This document shows, piece after piece, positions 17,078 through 26,554 of a DNA stretch of 64,000 bases; within the stretch, counting starts at the first letter, position 1, and every line of letters starts with the position of its first letter. The notes below the pieces were generated by a model. That model was not told the DNA's origin. It saw nothing but the letters and a program-made list of their open reading frames with translations, and searched no databases. The translations under genes and the position numbers were made by a program. The DNA is from a virus. The DNA lies in IMG/VR virus record IMGVR_UViG_3300008954_000029, positions 1 through 64,000 of that record; one strand, written 5' to 3'.

Positions 17078-17577
17078 TTATAAATAGTTTCTTCTCTTCG
17101 TTTCATCCCGGTAATACTTCTCGGTGCCGTAGTACTTAACGCGTGTCCCAAACAGCCAATCAGCGAAGGGAAGTAGAACTCCCCAGTTAGCCTCCTTCGG
17201 TCCTAGATGGTGGTCATAATGCCACGGAAGCCAACACTTGGCCCACTCCACATCCATATGTGATTTGGTGTGAGCCCAGTAATATAATAACATATATGTG
17301 TATAATGTCAAGACAAAAGTTGGAGAAACATAAAAGAGAGGAGCGTGCGAGAGAATGAGGACGATACCAACAAAGATTTCTTTTCCGTAGAAGTTACCAT
17401 CTTTATAAGTGTTATCGTGCCCTCGGGATTTTGTTACGCGTTTGTGATGATCGTGGAAATGAAAAGACCAATAAGATCCCTTATTCTTGCCAAGCGTGTG
17501 TAACAAGAACTTATGAATAAATACTTCGGCGATGTTTGCGTATGCTATCGCCCCTAAAACAACAACTACTACCCCAC
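17078..17577 (-). CDS. fatty acid hydroxylase/sterol desaturase-like membrane protein, 5' end uncertain
   Basis: His boxes IHKFLLH, HFHDHH, HTKSH, HYDHH and NWGV; the first box begins upstream of the TTG at 17506. Confidence 0.7.
17081..17088 (-). promoter_or_regulatory. ACTATTTA motif heading the leader-peptide operon
   Basis: AACTATTTATAAGAT-ATG. Confidence 0.65.
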
Positions 17578-17922
17578 TTACTTTTTTCCTCCTTTCTTCG
17601 GTCCTCCGTTACTGGGAAGAACCTTTTCTACCCTGAGGCCGTAAAGGCCCGTATTGGGAACAATTAATTTTCTGTCTGTTTCTAATAAATGAAAAACTGT
17701 TTTGGTGGGAGTCTGGCGGACGATTCTTGCTTTCTTTACTCCTCCGATATAAACTATGTCATCGGGGTTAAAATCACTCCCAATCATAAACAATGTGCCA
17801 GCAAGAACGTTGGCCACCAAATCCTTAACCAAAAGAGAAACGAAGGCAGCAACAAAGAACCACCCGTAGTTGCCAAAGAGAGTAACAAGTAGTGATTCTA
17901 TTTCTTTAATGTCCAGAAACAT
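17578..17922 (-). CDS. small membrane protein, MscS-like beta domain
   Basis: TM helix, KDLVANVLAG, F..DD.V.I, IVPN. Confidence 0.55.
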   Translation of the reverse strand: MFLDIKEIESLLVTLFGNYGWFFVAAFVSLLVKDLVANVLAGTLFMIGSDFNPDDIVYIGGVKKARIVRQTPTKTVFHLLETDRKLIVPNTGLYGLRVEKVLPSNGGPKKGGKK

Positions 17923-17928
17923 ATAAGG

Positions 17929-19527
17929 TTATTCCCCCGAACCATCCGCCACATGCCCCAGGCCAAAGGGCGGCGGGCGACGAGGTGGTCTGCTAACCAG
18001 TGGCGCGCCGGTGTGGTCTTTGCCTGCTTTGGCCAGCTCTATCCAATTCTTGAAGGTTTCTTTGTATTCGTCAAGCATAGCATTCATCTGTCGGTACTTT
18101 CCACTCATAACTTCACGGGCAGAAGCTTGACCTACCTCTATCCCCCTCTTCAATACTGGTGACATTCCGTAGTTGCGAAACTTATCATCTATTTTTTCTT
18201 TTACCTCGCGAAAGTAATCGTGCGCCGGGTGGCGATTGGCGTCGCGATGCGGAAGAAGATCCTTCCATTCAAAATAAGCCTCTCTCATTTCGTGCCCAAT
18301 GTGTGCAAGGTAGCGATGAACGAGGTATTCTATTATGAGTACCTCGCCCTCGCCCTTCAACAATTCAAGTGTTTTGGCGAAATCAGTTTCTTCATTTCCA
18401 GGATTAAACATCCAGTCATCACCTTTGAGGCCCACAAAAGTTATCAAACCATCAATAAAGTCCTGAGTCACTCGTAATTGTGGATGTGTAGGGTCTGGGC
18501 TGATGTCTGCGACCAACTCCCGAACCAACTCTCGCATTTCTCGCGCACCGCCGATCTTGGCGCGCCTCTTAATCTTTTCTGGTGTGTGGGTGTTGGGAAG
18601 GACCTCCACTAATTCTAAATTTCGCTCGGGATCAGCCATGGTAAAGAAGACGGCTTGCAGGGGCTCGTTAGGGTGAATAAAACCTACGCCGGCGTCGTCC
18701 ACAACACCGGCAATGCCCAGCTTACGCATTATGGCGTTCCAGCGCATCGGGTCTTCTTGAGCAGCATTGCGCGCCAGACCCCACAAATGGGCTGCCTTGC
18801 TCTCCTCGGGTGGGAAAGGCAGCGCGGTGCCCATGTGAAACTTGAGATACCGGTTGGTAGCATCTTCGGATCTCGTCACGGCAGTGTCGCCCGGGCCAGT
18901 CGAGGTGGAGGGGTCCCTTGCCAGGCGCAACCAGTCAAGCGGGGGATCATAAGGTTGGCCCGTCGATGGGGCCCATCCGCGGCGCAGCGCGCGCGCGCGG
19001 CGGGCATACCTTGTTTTCCTTTCGGAATCCATCATTTCGTCTGAAAGGAGTGCTTCGACGTACTCATCGTACTCATCCAGCGGAATGTCCTCGGCGGTAT
19101 AGATTACGGGCACACCTTCCGCTACCTTAAACAACATAATAAAAGGCTGGCCCTGGGCAAATGGGAGAGTGCCGTCAAGAAACTGATCAAAAATAGTTTG
19201 ATTGAGGGGATAAGAATAAATTCCGATCGGAGTACTGAATCGTGTGGTTGGGTTTACTCCAAACTTAAATTGGGGGCCTTGTTTGGATCGGTCCCACTCG
19301 CGCTCTGCTTCAATCTTCCCAAAGTGAATGAAGTGAGTGGGCTTTTCGCCAGTAGGAACAACGTACTGACGTAGAACGTCGTCCGTTCCTCCCATTTCGC
19401 CAGATTCTAGGCGGTAGGGGCCTTTCGCCCCTAACTTGCCCAACTCTGTCTTCCAACGGGTGGCCATTTCGTCCATTCGCGACTCTTTTACAAGCCTTCG
19501 CCACTTTGCTTCGTTATGTCTCTTCAT
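17929..19527 (-). CDS. large putative virion protein, possible divergent ART fold
   Basis: Leader-like KWRRLVKE; TPIGIYSYP and GIAGVVD..IHPNEP.QAVFF. Confidence 0.6.
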   Translation of the reverse strand: MKRHNEAKWRRLVKESRMDEMATRWKTELGKLGAKGPYRLESGEMGGTDDVLRQYVVPTGEKPTHFIHFGKIEAEREWDRSKQGPQFKFGVNPTTRFSTPIGIYSYPLNQTIFDQFLDGTLPFAQGQPFIMLFKVAEGVPVIYTAEDIPLDEYDEYVEALLSDEMMDSERKTRYARRARALRRGWAPSTGQPYDPPLDWLRLARDPSTSTGPGDTAVTRSEDATNRYLKFHMGTALPFPPEESKAAHLWGLARNAAQEDPMRWNAIMRKLGIAGVVDDAGVGFIHPNEPLQAVFFTMADPERNLELVEVLPNTHTPEKIKRRAKIGGAREMRELVRELVADISPDPTHPQLRVTQDFIDGLITFVGLKGDDWMFNPGNEETDFAKTLELLKGEGEVLIIEYLVHRYLAHIGHEMREAYFEWKDLLPHRDANRHPAHDYFREVKEKIDDKFRNYGMSPVLKRGIEVGQASAREVMSGKYRQMNAMLDEYKETFKNWIELAKAGKDHTGAPLVSRPPRRPPPFGLGHVADGSGE

Positions 19528-19681
19528 TCCTCTTATTTTCCTCAACCATCTTATCTATTAACTTCTGTTTAACTATTTTCTTGTGTTCCTCGTCCAAACC
19601 TTCTCGCATTTCTCTGAAATTTCGCCATGCCTCGTTAAACGTAAGACGCTCCCTGTCCATCTCTACACAAATTAAGCACAT
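19514..19681 (-). CDS. 55-aa phage protein (not in ORF track)
   Basis: MCLICVEMDRERLTFNEAWRNFREM...; downstream of ACTATTTA at 19715-19722. Confidence 0.6.
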   Translation of the reverse strand: MCLICVEMDRERLTFNEAWRNFREMREGLDEEHKKIVKQKLIDKMVEENKRNEET

Positions 19682-19721
19682 ACATCGTCATCCCCTTCAT
19701 TTTCATAGCATCAATAAATAG

Positions 19722-20579
19722 TTAGTAACAGGACAAATACCGTTCGCCGCGGTCGCATAGGATAGTCAGCACGATGTTTCCATTCAGACTTCTTTTAGCA
19801 GCCCACCGTTCAGATGCTAATACGTTTGCGCCTGAACTTATTCCAACGAGCAACCCATCTTCACGGGCTAGCCTGTTGGCTCTTTCTATTGCGTCTTTCG
19901 TACTCACCTTTATAACTTCGTTGACTATCTTGGGATCTAACAAAAAGTCTTTTCCATCGTTGATCCCTTGAATACCGTGAGAAAGATTATCTTCCTCGGG
20001 GCACACCTGAACTACACGTAGATCAGAAAACCTCCTGATCAATCTCTTATGAAGTCCCATTATAGTTCCACCGGTGCCTGATCCCAACACAATAGCGGAG
20101 GGGCGTCGGTACGCAGGAAGTTGGTCAAGGATTTCTCGTGCCGTGGTCTTGACGTGGCAGGCGATGTTGTCTGGATTAGAGAACTGTCTTGGATTATAAA
20201 ACCCCTTACCACCCTCGGCGCACATCTTTTCTTTCAACTCAATAGCGTCAAGAAAAGCGTTGTCGCCCACTTCAATTATCTTTGCGCCATAAGCCCGAAT
20301 CATCTGCTTGCGTTCTTCGCTCATATTCCTCGGCATTATGATAATGACTTCATACCCTCTGGACGCTCCAATCATCGCCATTGAGATCCCAGTGTTACCG
20401 CTAGTGGCTTCCACAATTGTGTCGCCCGGTTCAAGTTCTCCTCGGCCCTCGGCTTCCTTGATGATGTACAAAGCCATCCGGTCTTTAATTGAGCCAGAGG
20501 GATTATAAGTTTCTAATTTGGCGTACAACGAGGGTCCCAACTTAACCAGGGGTGTGTCTCCGACAATCCTTTCAATCAT
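19722..20579 (-). CDS. cysK: cysteine synthase (PLP-dependent)
   Basis: KLETYNPSGSIKDR, EATSGNTG, GSGTGGT, GISSGAN. Confidence 0.92.
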   Translation of the reverse strand: MIERIVGDTPLVKLGPSLYAKLETYNPSGSIKDRMALYIIKEAEGRGELEPGDTIVEATSGNTGISMAMIGASRGYEVIIIMPRNMSEERKQMIRAYGAKIIEVGDNAFLDAIELKEKMCAEGGKGFYNPRQFSNPDNIACHVKTTAREILDQLPAYRRPSAIVLGSGTGGTIMGLHKRLIRRFSDLRVVQVCPEEDNLSHGIQGINDGKDFLLDPKIVNEVIKVSTKDAIERANRLAREDGLLVGISSGANVLASERWAAKRSLNGNIVLTILCDRGERYLSCY

Positions 20580-21060
20580 CTTTCTTTCTCACCTTTGAGT
20601 GTCTATCTGCGACAGATGCTGCCGCAAAGGCTTCGGGCTTTATTTTACAGTCAAAACCATTCCCAGTGACGTACCCGACTATCATACTGGCTAGGTTACT
20701 GGTTGGTGTCTCCTTGTCTGTATTGCTCACGTCAACGTGTAGTTCTATCTTCAAACCTGGAAACAATGTGGCGATGTCCTGAGCAATACGAATAGTTCTA
20801 TCGGCTTCGGCCAAGATGCGAGTAGCGAGAACGGTCATCTCGCGAGAAGATAAAACCTCGCGAGTTATAAAGTATTTTCCACCTCGCTGATTGTAGGCTC
20901 CGTGAAGCACGATAGCCGAAGACATTATACAACCGCCATTATGGGGCTGTGTGTCTGATCCGATGTATACGGTACCATCAGCAAGATGATGCTGCTCAAT
21001 CGCGTCTACTATCTGGGCATAATCAACAACGCGACCGTCTCCGGCGAACCAACTATACAT
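20572..21060 (-). CDS. RNase H-like YkuK (DUF458) family protein
   Basis: YIGSDTQ, RILAEA, ELHVDV, IKPEAFAAASVAD. Confidence 0.8.
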   Translation of the reverse strand: MYSWFAGDGRVVDYAQIVDAIEQHHLADGTVYIGSDTQPHNGGCIMSSAIVLHGAYNQRGGKYFITREVLSSREMTVLATRILAEADRTIRIAQDIATLFPGLKIELHVDVSNTDKETPTSNLASMIVGYVTGNGFDCKIKPEAFAAASVADRHSKVRKKDD

Positions 21061-21081
21061 TGGCTAGCCACAAAGAGACGA

Positions 21082-22134
21082 TCACTTCACAAGCCACTCC
21101 CACCTTTCACTCCAATAGTTCAAAGGAGATTCTACCACATTCTCTTGAAGTTGTTCAACTTCTCCGATGGGAGGTGCGCTCTTTCCACGCTGCTTTGAGG
21201 GGTTGACCGTGAAGGGAACGCTCTTGCGTTTCTTGCCTTTGGTGGTAAGGCGGTTCTTTGAGTGTTTACGTTTGACTGCGCGCTGGAACTTGCCGCGGTC
21301 TTGCGGCGGCTCGGCCTGCTCCGTATACCGGTCAACATTGCCGTAAAACTGATTTCCCTCTGGTGGACGTTGTTTGTCCTGGACACTCATCACAGCATCA
21401 TAAGAATCAACCTTCAAGCGCATTAGGTCTTTTAGTGATTCATTGCGGCGCAACACTTTGAAGACAAGGTTTTCAACCGAAAACTCGCCCTCGGGAGAGT
21501 CCAGGCCTGCTCTGCGATAGTTCTTTATTCTGTCGCTCAAGTAGCGTGTTGTCGCTAGTGCCTCCTCGTAGTTGGCCTCGCTGTAAAGAAGCTTGGCGCG
21601 ATCAATCTGATCCATAAAGGAGGCTGCCTTGCCTTTGACGGAATGCCAATCTACCTGGGGCTCTTGGGGTTGTGGTTCTACGACCCAGTTATTATTTAAG
21701 ATAGAATAAACACCTGAGGAATGGTGCGTCTCGTCCTCGTTCTCAACATAAATCTCCACCTCAAAGCCGAAGATCTTTATGTCGTGTCGCTTGTTCCAAA
21801 GGGCCTTTTGGGCATTGAACATGTCCCGAACAATGTCCTCGTTCTCATCCACATCAGCGAAGTTGACGACGATGTGTAAATCCACGTCAGAGTAGTTGGA
21901 CCAATTATAGTTGGCCAAGGACCCAGTAAATCTTATGTCTTTAATCTGGACGTTAGGAAGGTCCAAATTCTCAAAAAACTGGGAGGCAATTTTTAGGAGC
22001 CGTTGAGAAATGACGGGATCAAGCTTTTTGACGGGGGACCAGAACTTTGTGTTCAGTTCGTCGTGGAATTTGAAGCTGGACACGTCAACGTTTTCGGCGT
22101 CCATATATTCTTCAAGGGAAACAATCTTCTTCAT
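21082..22134 (-). CDS. phage nucleotidyltransferase (Pol beta superfamily)
   Basis: TGSLANYNWSNYSDVDLH, VEIYV, GEFSVENLVFKVLRR. Confidence 0.8.
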   Translation of the reverse strand: MKKIVSLEEYMDAENVDVSSFKFHDELNTKFWSPVKKLDPVISQRLLKIASQFFENLDLPNVQIKDIRFTGSLANYNWSNYSDVDLHIVVNFADVDENEDIVRDMFNAQKALWNKRHDIKIFGFEVEIYVENEDETHHSSGVYSILNNNWVVEPQPQEPQVDWHSVKGKAASFMDQIDRAKLLYSEANYEEALATTRYLSDRIKNYRRAGLDSPEGEFSVENLVFKVLRRNESLKDLMRLKVDSYDAVMSVQDKQRPPEGNQFYGNVDRYTEQAEPPQDRGKFQRAVKRKHSKNRLTTKGKKRKSVPFTVNPSKQRGKSAPPIGEVEQLQENVVESPLNYWSERWEWLVK

Positions 22135-22503
22135 TTAGGCAACTCTCCGCACTCGGCCCACCACCTTCAACACCCGGATGCCCTTAATGTTGTTCACTGC
22201 GGGACGCAGGATCTTGCTGACGTAGGAGCGAGGAGAAATGCGTACGCTTTGCATACAACAAAACTTAACCCGGATAGTATCATAATAGTTGCTGGCGTCT
22301 TCGGTACCAGACCCCGGCAAGTATGAAACAACAGTCACCCCGGGGATGGAACGGATCTCTCCAATGGTTTCATACTTGTCGCCGCCGATGTCCTTGTTCT
22401 TCTTGATTCGGATGTGTGTCTCAAAGGATTGATACTCGTACCCTGATTTGGGGTCCTTCAACTCAAAAAGAAACTCTTTCCATTTTTGTGTGTAATCGCT
22501 CAT
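22135..22503 (-). CDS. putative virion protein with W-leader
   Basis: QKWKEFLFE leader; IRSIPGVTVV; ACTATTTA at 22532-22539. Confidence 0.65.
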   Translation of the reverse strand: MSDYTQKWKEFLFELKDPKSGYEYQSFETHIRIKKNKDIGGDKYETIGEIRSIPGVTVVSYLPGSGTEDASNYYDTIRVKFCCMQSVRISPRSYVSKILRPAVNNIKGIRVLKVVGRVRRVA

Positions 22504-22561
22504 ACGTATTCCTACATTATACCAGTAGATATAAATAGTTTTAAGCCAGCGAAAGTGCTTA

Positions 22562-23257
22562 TTACTTTATTGATTCAAAGTAGGTATTGATGTGCTCTCG
22601 CAGAAACTCTATGTGCACAGAGATGGACGAGTGAGGATACCGAGAATGAACGGCCGAAATCATTCCAACTATTTCGTGCCTCTCGTTGTACACCGGGCCT
22701 CCTGAGTTCCCTGCGTATGCGGGGATTGATGTCATAAGCACCATCTTTGGGTCTCCACTCAAATCAAGTTCAGTTCCAAGAAAGTCGTGACCAACAACCC
22801 ACCCGCTTGTCTTGGTGGGAAAGGTCCCCGATGGAGCACCTATGGTGTGCACACGATCGCCTGTACGGGGCGCATTGGGCGCCAGCGTGAGAACACTGAA
22901 CGCGTCGATGGCCATAAAAACACGGACTATACAAGCATCTCCGTCCTCCGCTGTATAGACGACTCTGCCACCAAACTCCTCTCTCACACCTTCGTGTGGA
23001 GGGATCGTGGCCACCTTCGCTGGGCGGCCGACTTTCAAACAAATGTGGTCCGCTGTCATCACGAAGACATCATCACCGGCAGACCCTATAACAAAGCCAG
23101 CGCCAGTAGCGACACCTTCATCGTGCTCTAAATAGACTTGAGCCACTCCACGGTATACAGGGTCCGCCGGGGTCGTTGGCGCACTATATACATAAGTTGT
23201 CTCCTGATGAGCACACGAAACTAAAGTAAAAGTTAATAAAAGCGTAAACCACTTCAC
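22562..23257 (-). CDS. trypsin-like serine protease, lipoprotein
   Basis: LVSC lipobox, TADH, D, GNSGGP. Confidence 0.85.
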   Translation of the reverse strand: MKWFTLLLTFTLVSCAHQETTYVYSAPTTPADPVYRGVAQVYLEHDEGVATGAGFVIGSAGDDVFVMTADHICLKVGRPAKVATIPPHEGVREEFGGRVVYTAEDGDACIVRVFMAIDAFSVLTLAPNAPRTGDRVHTIGAPSGTFPTKTSGWVVGHDFLGTELDLSGDPKMVLMTSIPAYAGNSGGPVYNERHEIVGMISAVHSRYPHSSISVHIEFLREHINTYFESIK

Positions 23258-23269
23258 ATTTTATTCCTC

Positions 23270-25483
23270 CTATCGGCAAACGTCGCTAAATATATCGTCT
23301 AAATATCCCCTTATTGTACCTGAACTTATCCCGCTGTATAATCCGTAACACGCTTGCGCTATGTTGGCCGGGGCGCACCACTGCGTGTACGTCCCTTGCG
23401 GCACTATGGCATAAACTTCCAGAGTATCTGCGGCCTCGCAACTCCCAACCGTACAGGGGGTTAGTGCGGCGCGTACATCGGCAGCCATCAGGCGCGGGTC
23501 CCTCAATGATTGCGCGTGCTCGTCTGACATCACAACAACCATCGGCCACGCATCGTCCCTGAAGCTCAAACCAATACTGTTCGTGGCGATGGATTCCACG
23601 GCATCATACTGTGGCTCCTCGTTCCAGAAATCACAAGTCAAAGTATTCAAGGCATTGGCGAAGGCTAGTGAGTCAACGAAATCAATGTGTATGTCTGGTG
23701 TGATTACTGGCTGGCGACCGGGGATGTTTACCAAGGCAAAGCGATGGGGCGTGTTTGCGAACTCCAGCACGTAGGGTCGGATCGCGTCTCGGAGAGCACG
23801 AATCTTACCGCACATTGATCCACTACGGTCAATGGCGAAAATCATGTCAACCGTGTCGTGCGCGTCCAAATCCTCATCTATGTCGCCGTCGCAGTCGTCG
23901 TCGAGATTGTTACAGGTTTCGTCCTCCGGGAGGACTTGTCCAGCACAATAGCCATCTACAAAAACACCATCCAATTCCCCACCCCAGCGTCCCATACTAC
24001 ACGTAGCTTGGCCGGCTGCGCACTCCCCAACATCCTCGGTACCAGGGGGCCCCGTGTAGCAGCGTGCGAGAAGGCCTTCATCTATCTCTTCGTCGCAATC
24101 ATCGTCCCAAGCGTTACAGTCCTCTTCCTGAGGTGCACCACCAGTAACGTCGCACGCCGGATCTCGCGGCTGCTCAAAGGCGCACATAGCCATACACTCG
24201 GTGAATGCTGTGCGGCTACACTCATCATCAACACAGACACACTCCATAAAACCAGAGCCGCACGTTAACATAGGGTTATTCTGACACGGCAACAGCATCC
24301 CCAAGAACTCGGGAGGGCACGTGCACTCCAACCCCTCATCCACAGATCCGTCGCAGTCGTTGTCTTCGGAATCGCAAATCTCTTCCTGAGGCAGCGGGGC
24401 GGAGCACCCTCCCCACCAGCCGACTCGGCAGGTCTCAAAGCCTGAGCCACACTCATTCTCGCAAGGTCGTAGTAGACCCTCGTCAATGGTTCCGTCGCAG
24501 TCGTTGTCGCGACCGTCGCACTGTTCCACCTCTGGGGGTGTATCGCCAATACACATTAAGTCTTGCCCGTTACAAGAGAGAGAACCGTAAGTACAACTTC
24601 CCACATCGGTAAGTCCACATTGGGTACCAGCACCCTGTGGGTTATCATCAACTTGTCCGTCGCAATCATTATCAACGGAATCACAAACTTCCTGAGACGG
24701 TAGCACCTCGTTCATACACCCCGACCAGGCACCATCGGCGCATAGTTCAATTCCTGTTCTACAAGGTGTGTCGGAAGTTTCCGGACTGTTAAACACAAGC
24801 CAGTCTTGTGGGGTACCATCGCGGTCTGAGGGGCCTGACCAACACATCCTCTTCAGTCCCTCGTCCGTGTGGCCATCGCAGTTGTTGTCGAGGCCATCGC
24901 ACAATTCTGTGGCCGGCCCTTGTGCGCCTAGGCAAGCACCCGACACCCACTCATCGTCTTCAGTACCCCCAATACGGTCGTGACCGTCCAGCCACGATCC
25001 CCATTCAGAACCACCCCGGGGAAGTGGTCGGCAAACCTGATCGCCATAAACGCATTGTCCAAGGAGGGCGCCGGTCCGATTTGAGTGGTCCTCAATAGTT
25101 CCTAGTTCTCTACCCTCTTCATCCAGCCAGCACTTTCTTTTGCTTGTAGTAGCCCAGTCAACCGAATACTCCTTCCCCGCGGGCCAGCACTCGCACCCCT
25201 CGTCCACGCCATCGTCCCCGTATCCGCACGGGGTACCGTCCCCATTGGAATCTTGTTCTTCGAAAGGTTTGGAAATACAATCGCAATCATTGTCGAGTCC
25301 ATCACAAAGCTCAGGAATCTCGGGGTCTGCCTCTGCGCTGGTGTTTTCTAGACTACAAGTAGTGTCGGGTGGGAAGGAGTCGGTGGATGTGCCGCCGAGT
25401 AGGTTAAGATCTTCGCACGAACATCCGCTTATGATTGTTAAAGTTAGTAGTAGTGGTAGGCCCTTTAATAATCTATATAACAT
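23270..25483 (-). CDS. Cys/Asp-rich repeat (MopE-like) plus vWA domain lipoprotein
   Basis: ISGC lipobox; about 7 ExCDxxDNDCDG repeats; DRSGS MIDAS motif and SDE. Confidence 0.85.
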   Translation of the reverse strand: MLYRLLKGLPLLLTLTIISGCSCEDLNLLGGTSTDSFPPDTTCSLENTSAEADPEIPELCDGLDNDCDCISKPFEEQDSNGDGTPCGYGDDGVDEGCECWPAGKEYSVDWATTSKRKCWLDEEGRELGTIEDHSNRTGALLGQCVYGDQVCRPLPRGGSEWGSWLDGHDRIGGTEDDEWVSGACLGAQGPATELCDGLDNNCDGHTDEGLKRMCWSGPSDRDGTPQDWLVFNSPETSDTPCRTGIELCADGAWSGCMNEVLPSQEVCDSVDNDCDGQVDDNPQGAGTQCGLTDVGSCTYGSLSCNGQDLMCIGDTPPEVEQCDGRDNDCDGTIDEGLLRPCENECGSGFETCRVGWWGGCSAPLPQEEICDSEDNDCDGSVDEGLECTCPPEFLGMLLPCQNNPMLTCGSGFMECVCVDDECSRTAFTECMAMCAFEQPRDPACDVTGGAPQEEDCNAWDDDCDEEIDEGLLARCYTGPPGTEDVGECAAGQATCSMGRWGGELDGVFVDGYCAGQVLPEDETCNNLDDDCDGDIDEDLDAHDTVDMIFAIDRSGSMCGKIRALRDAIRPYVLEFANTPHRFALVNIPGRQPVITPDIHIDFVDSLAFANALNTLTCDFWNEEPQYDAVESIATNSIGLSFRDDAWPMVVVMSDEHAQSLRDPRLMAADVRAALTPCTVGSCEAADTLEVYAIVPQGTYTQWCAPANIAQACYGLYSGISSGTIRGYLDDIFSDVCR

Positions 25484-26207
25484 CCTTATTTTTAACTAGG
25501 TCATAGTTTTTTAATAGCTCCATTGTTTCTCGCCAATTAGAGACATTGTGCCAAGAAGTATCTTGATATTTCTGCATTTCAACGATCGCCTGATAATCGT
25601 TGCCACCCTCTTCTAACCTGTCTCCAAAATAGATTATGGGCTGGGGAGTCTCGTTTTCTATGATCCAGTTAATTGTTTGCGATTTATCGTTGCCAGAGGG
25701 ATATACATCGATGCTTATCTTGCCGCCAATCGTGAAGTCTAGGTCCTCGAATTGTTCGCCTAGCTCATAAACAATCGCTTCCCTTTCGCGAGCAATCTTG
25801 TCGTGTTCGTAATAGATCTCACGCTGAGTGGCGTCAGCGTTCCTACCTACCACAGAGAAGTTCAGCATCCCAGTGCGCATCTCTATGTGATTACCCAGAC
25901 GCAGTGGAAAGGGGCTAGAATTTAAAACGGCAGTGAGTGCCTCAATCAAATCCTGCGAAGGTGAAAAGTTATTTTCGTAAACTAGGCGACCATCCACATA
26001 GCATTGATTCCCCATGCAGCAAAAGATTGCTGCGGCTGGCGTAAGGAGTACGCGAGGTAACTGTTCTTCGACTTTCTTAAAATCACTCCCTGTAGTGAGG
26101 TAGTATTTCTTATCCTTTCCCCACTCTATGAAGAACTGTACGAACTCATCCGCAGCGGGCTCTCGGTGGGGAGTGAGTGTCCCGTCAATATCAAACACAT
26201 AAAGCAT
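25473..26207 (-). CDS. HAD-IIB eukaryotic-type phosphomannomutase
   Basis: FDIDGTLT, IEMRTGMLNFS, GGKISID, FGD...GGND. Confidence 0.85.
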   Translation of the reverse strand: MLYVFDIDGTLTPHREPAADEFVQFFIEWGKDKKYYLTTGSDFKKVEEQLPRVLLTPAAAIFCCMGNQCYVDGRLVYENNFSPSQDLIEALTAVLNSSPFPLRLGNHIEMRTGMLNFSVVGRNADATQREIYYEHDKIAREREAIVYELGEQFEDLDFTIGGKISIDVYPSGNDKSQTINWIIENETPQPIIYFGDRLEEGGNDYQAIVEMQKYQDTSWHNVSNWRETMELLKNYDLVKNKDVI

Positions 26208-26209
26208 AG

Positions 26210-26554
26210 CTAAATGGCGTAGCCAGCAGCGCGCAGGCCTCGCTGAAGCTCTCCGTCCAAAAGCTCCATGGCTGCTTCAAATTCAAGATCGCTACACTCC
26301 ATGCTCATGTTGAGCCTCAGTAGCCTTCTGTATTCGCCCTCCCCTGTGATGATGGTGGGGTCGTGCAGACTGTATTCATACAAGGTTGTGAGTGCGTTGA
26401 AGGCTGAGTCGAAAAGCTTATAAGCCCTGTCCTCGTCCCACTCTGCCGCCTCAATTAACGCAGTCATCGCAGACATCTGCTTGGCCGCTTCCTTGAATTG
26501 TTCGTCTGTCAAATCAAACTTCACTTTATTCTCCAAAAGTAACCTGCTCACCAT
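26210..26554 (-). CDS. hypothetical protein
   Basis: ORF in co-oriented operon. Confidence 0.55.
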   Translation of the reverse strand: MVSRLLLENKVKFDLTDEQFKEAAKQMSAMTALIEAAEWDEDRAYKLFDSAFNALTTLYEYSLHDPTIITGEGEYRRLLRLNMSMECSDLEFEAAMELLDGELQRGLRAAGYAI

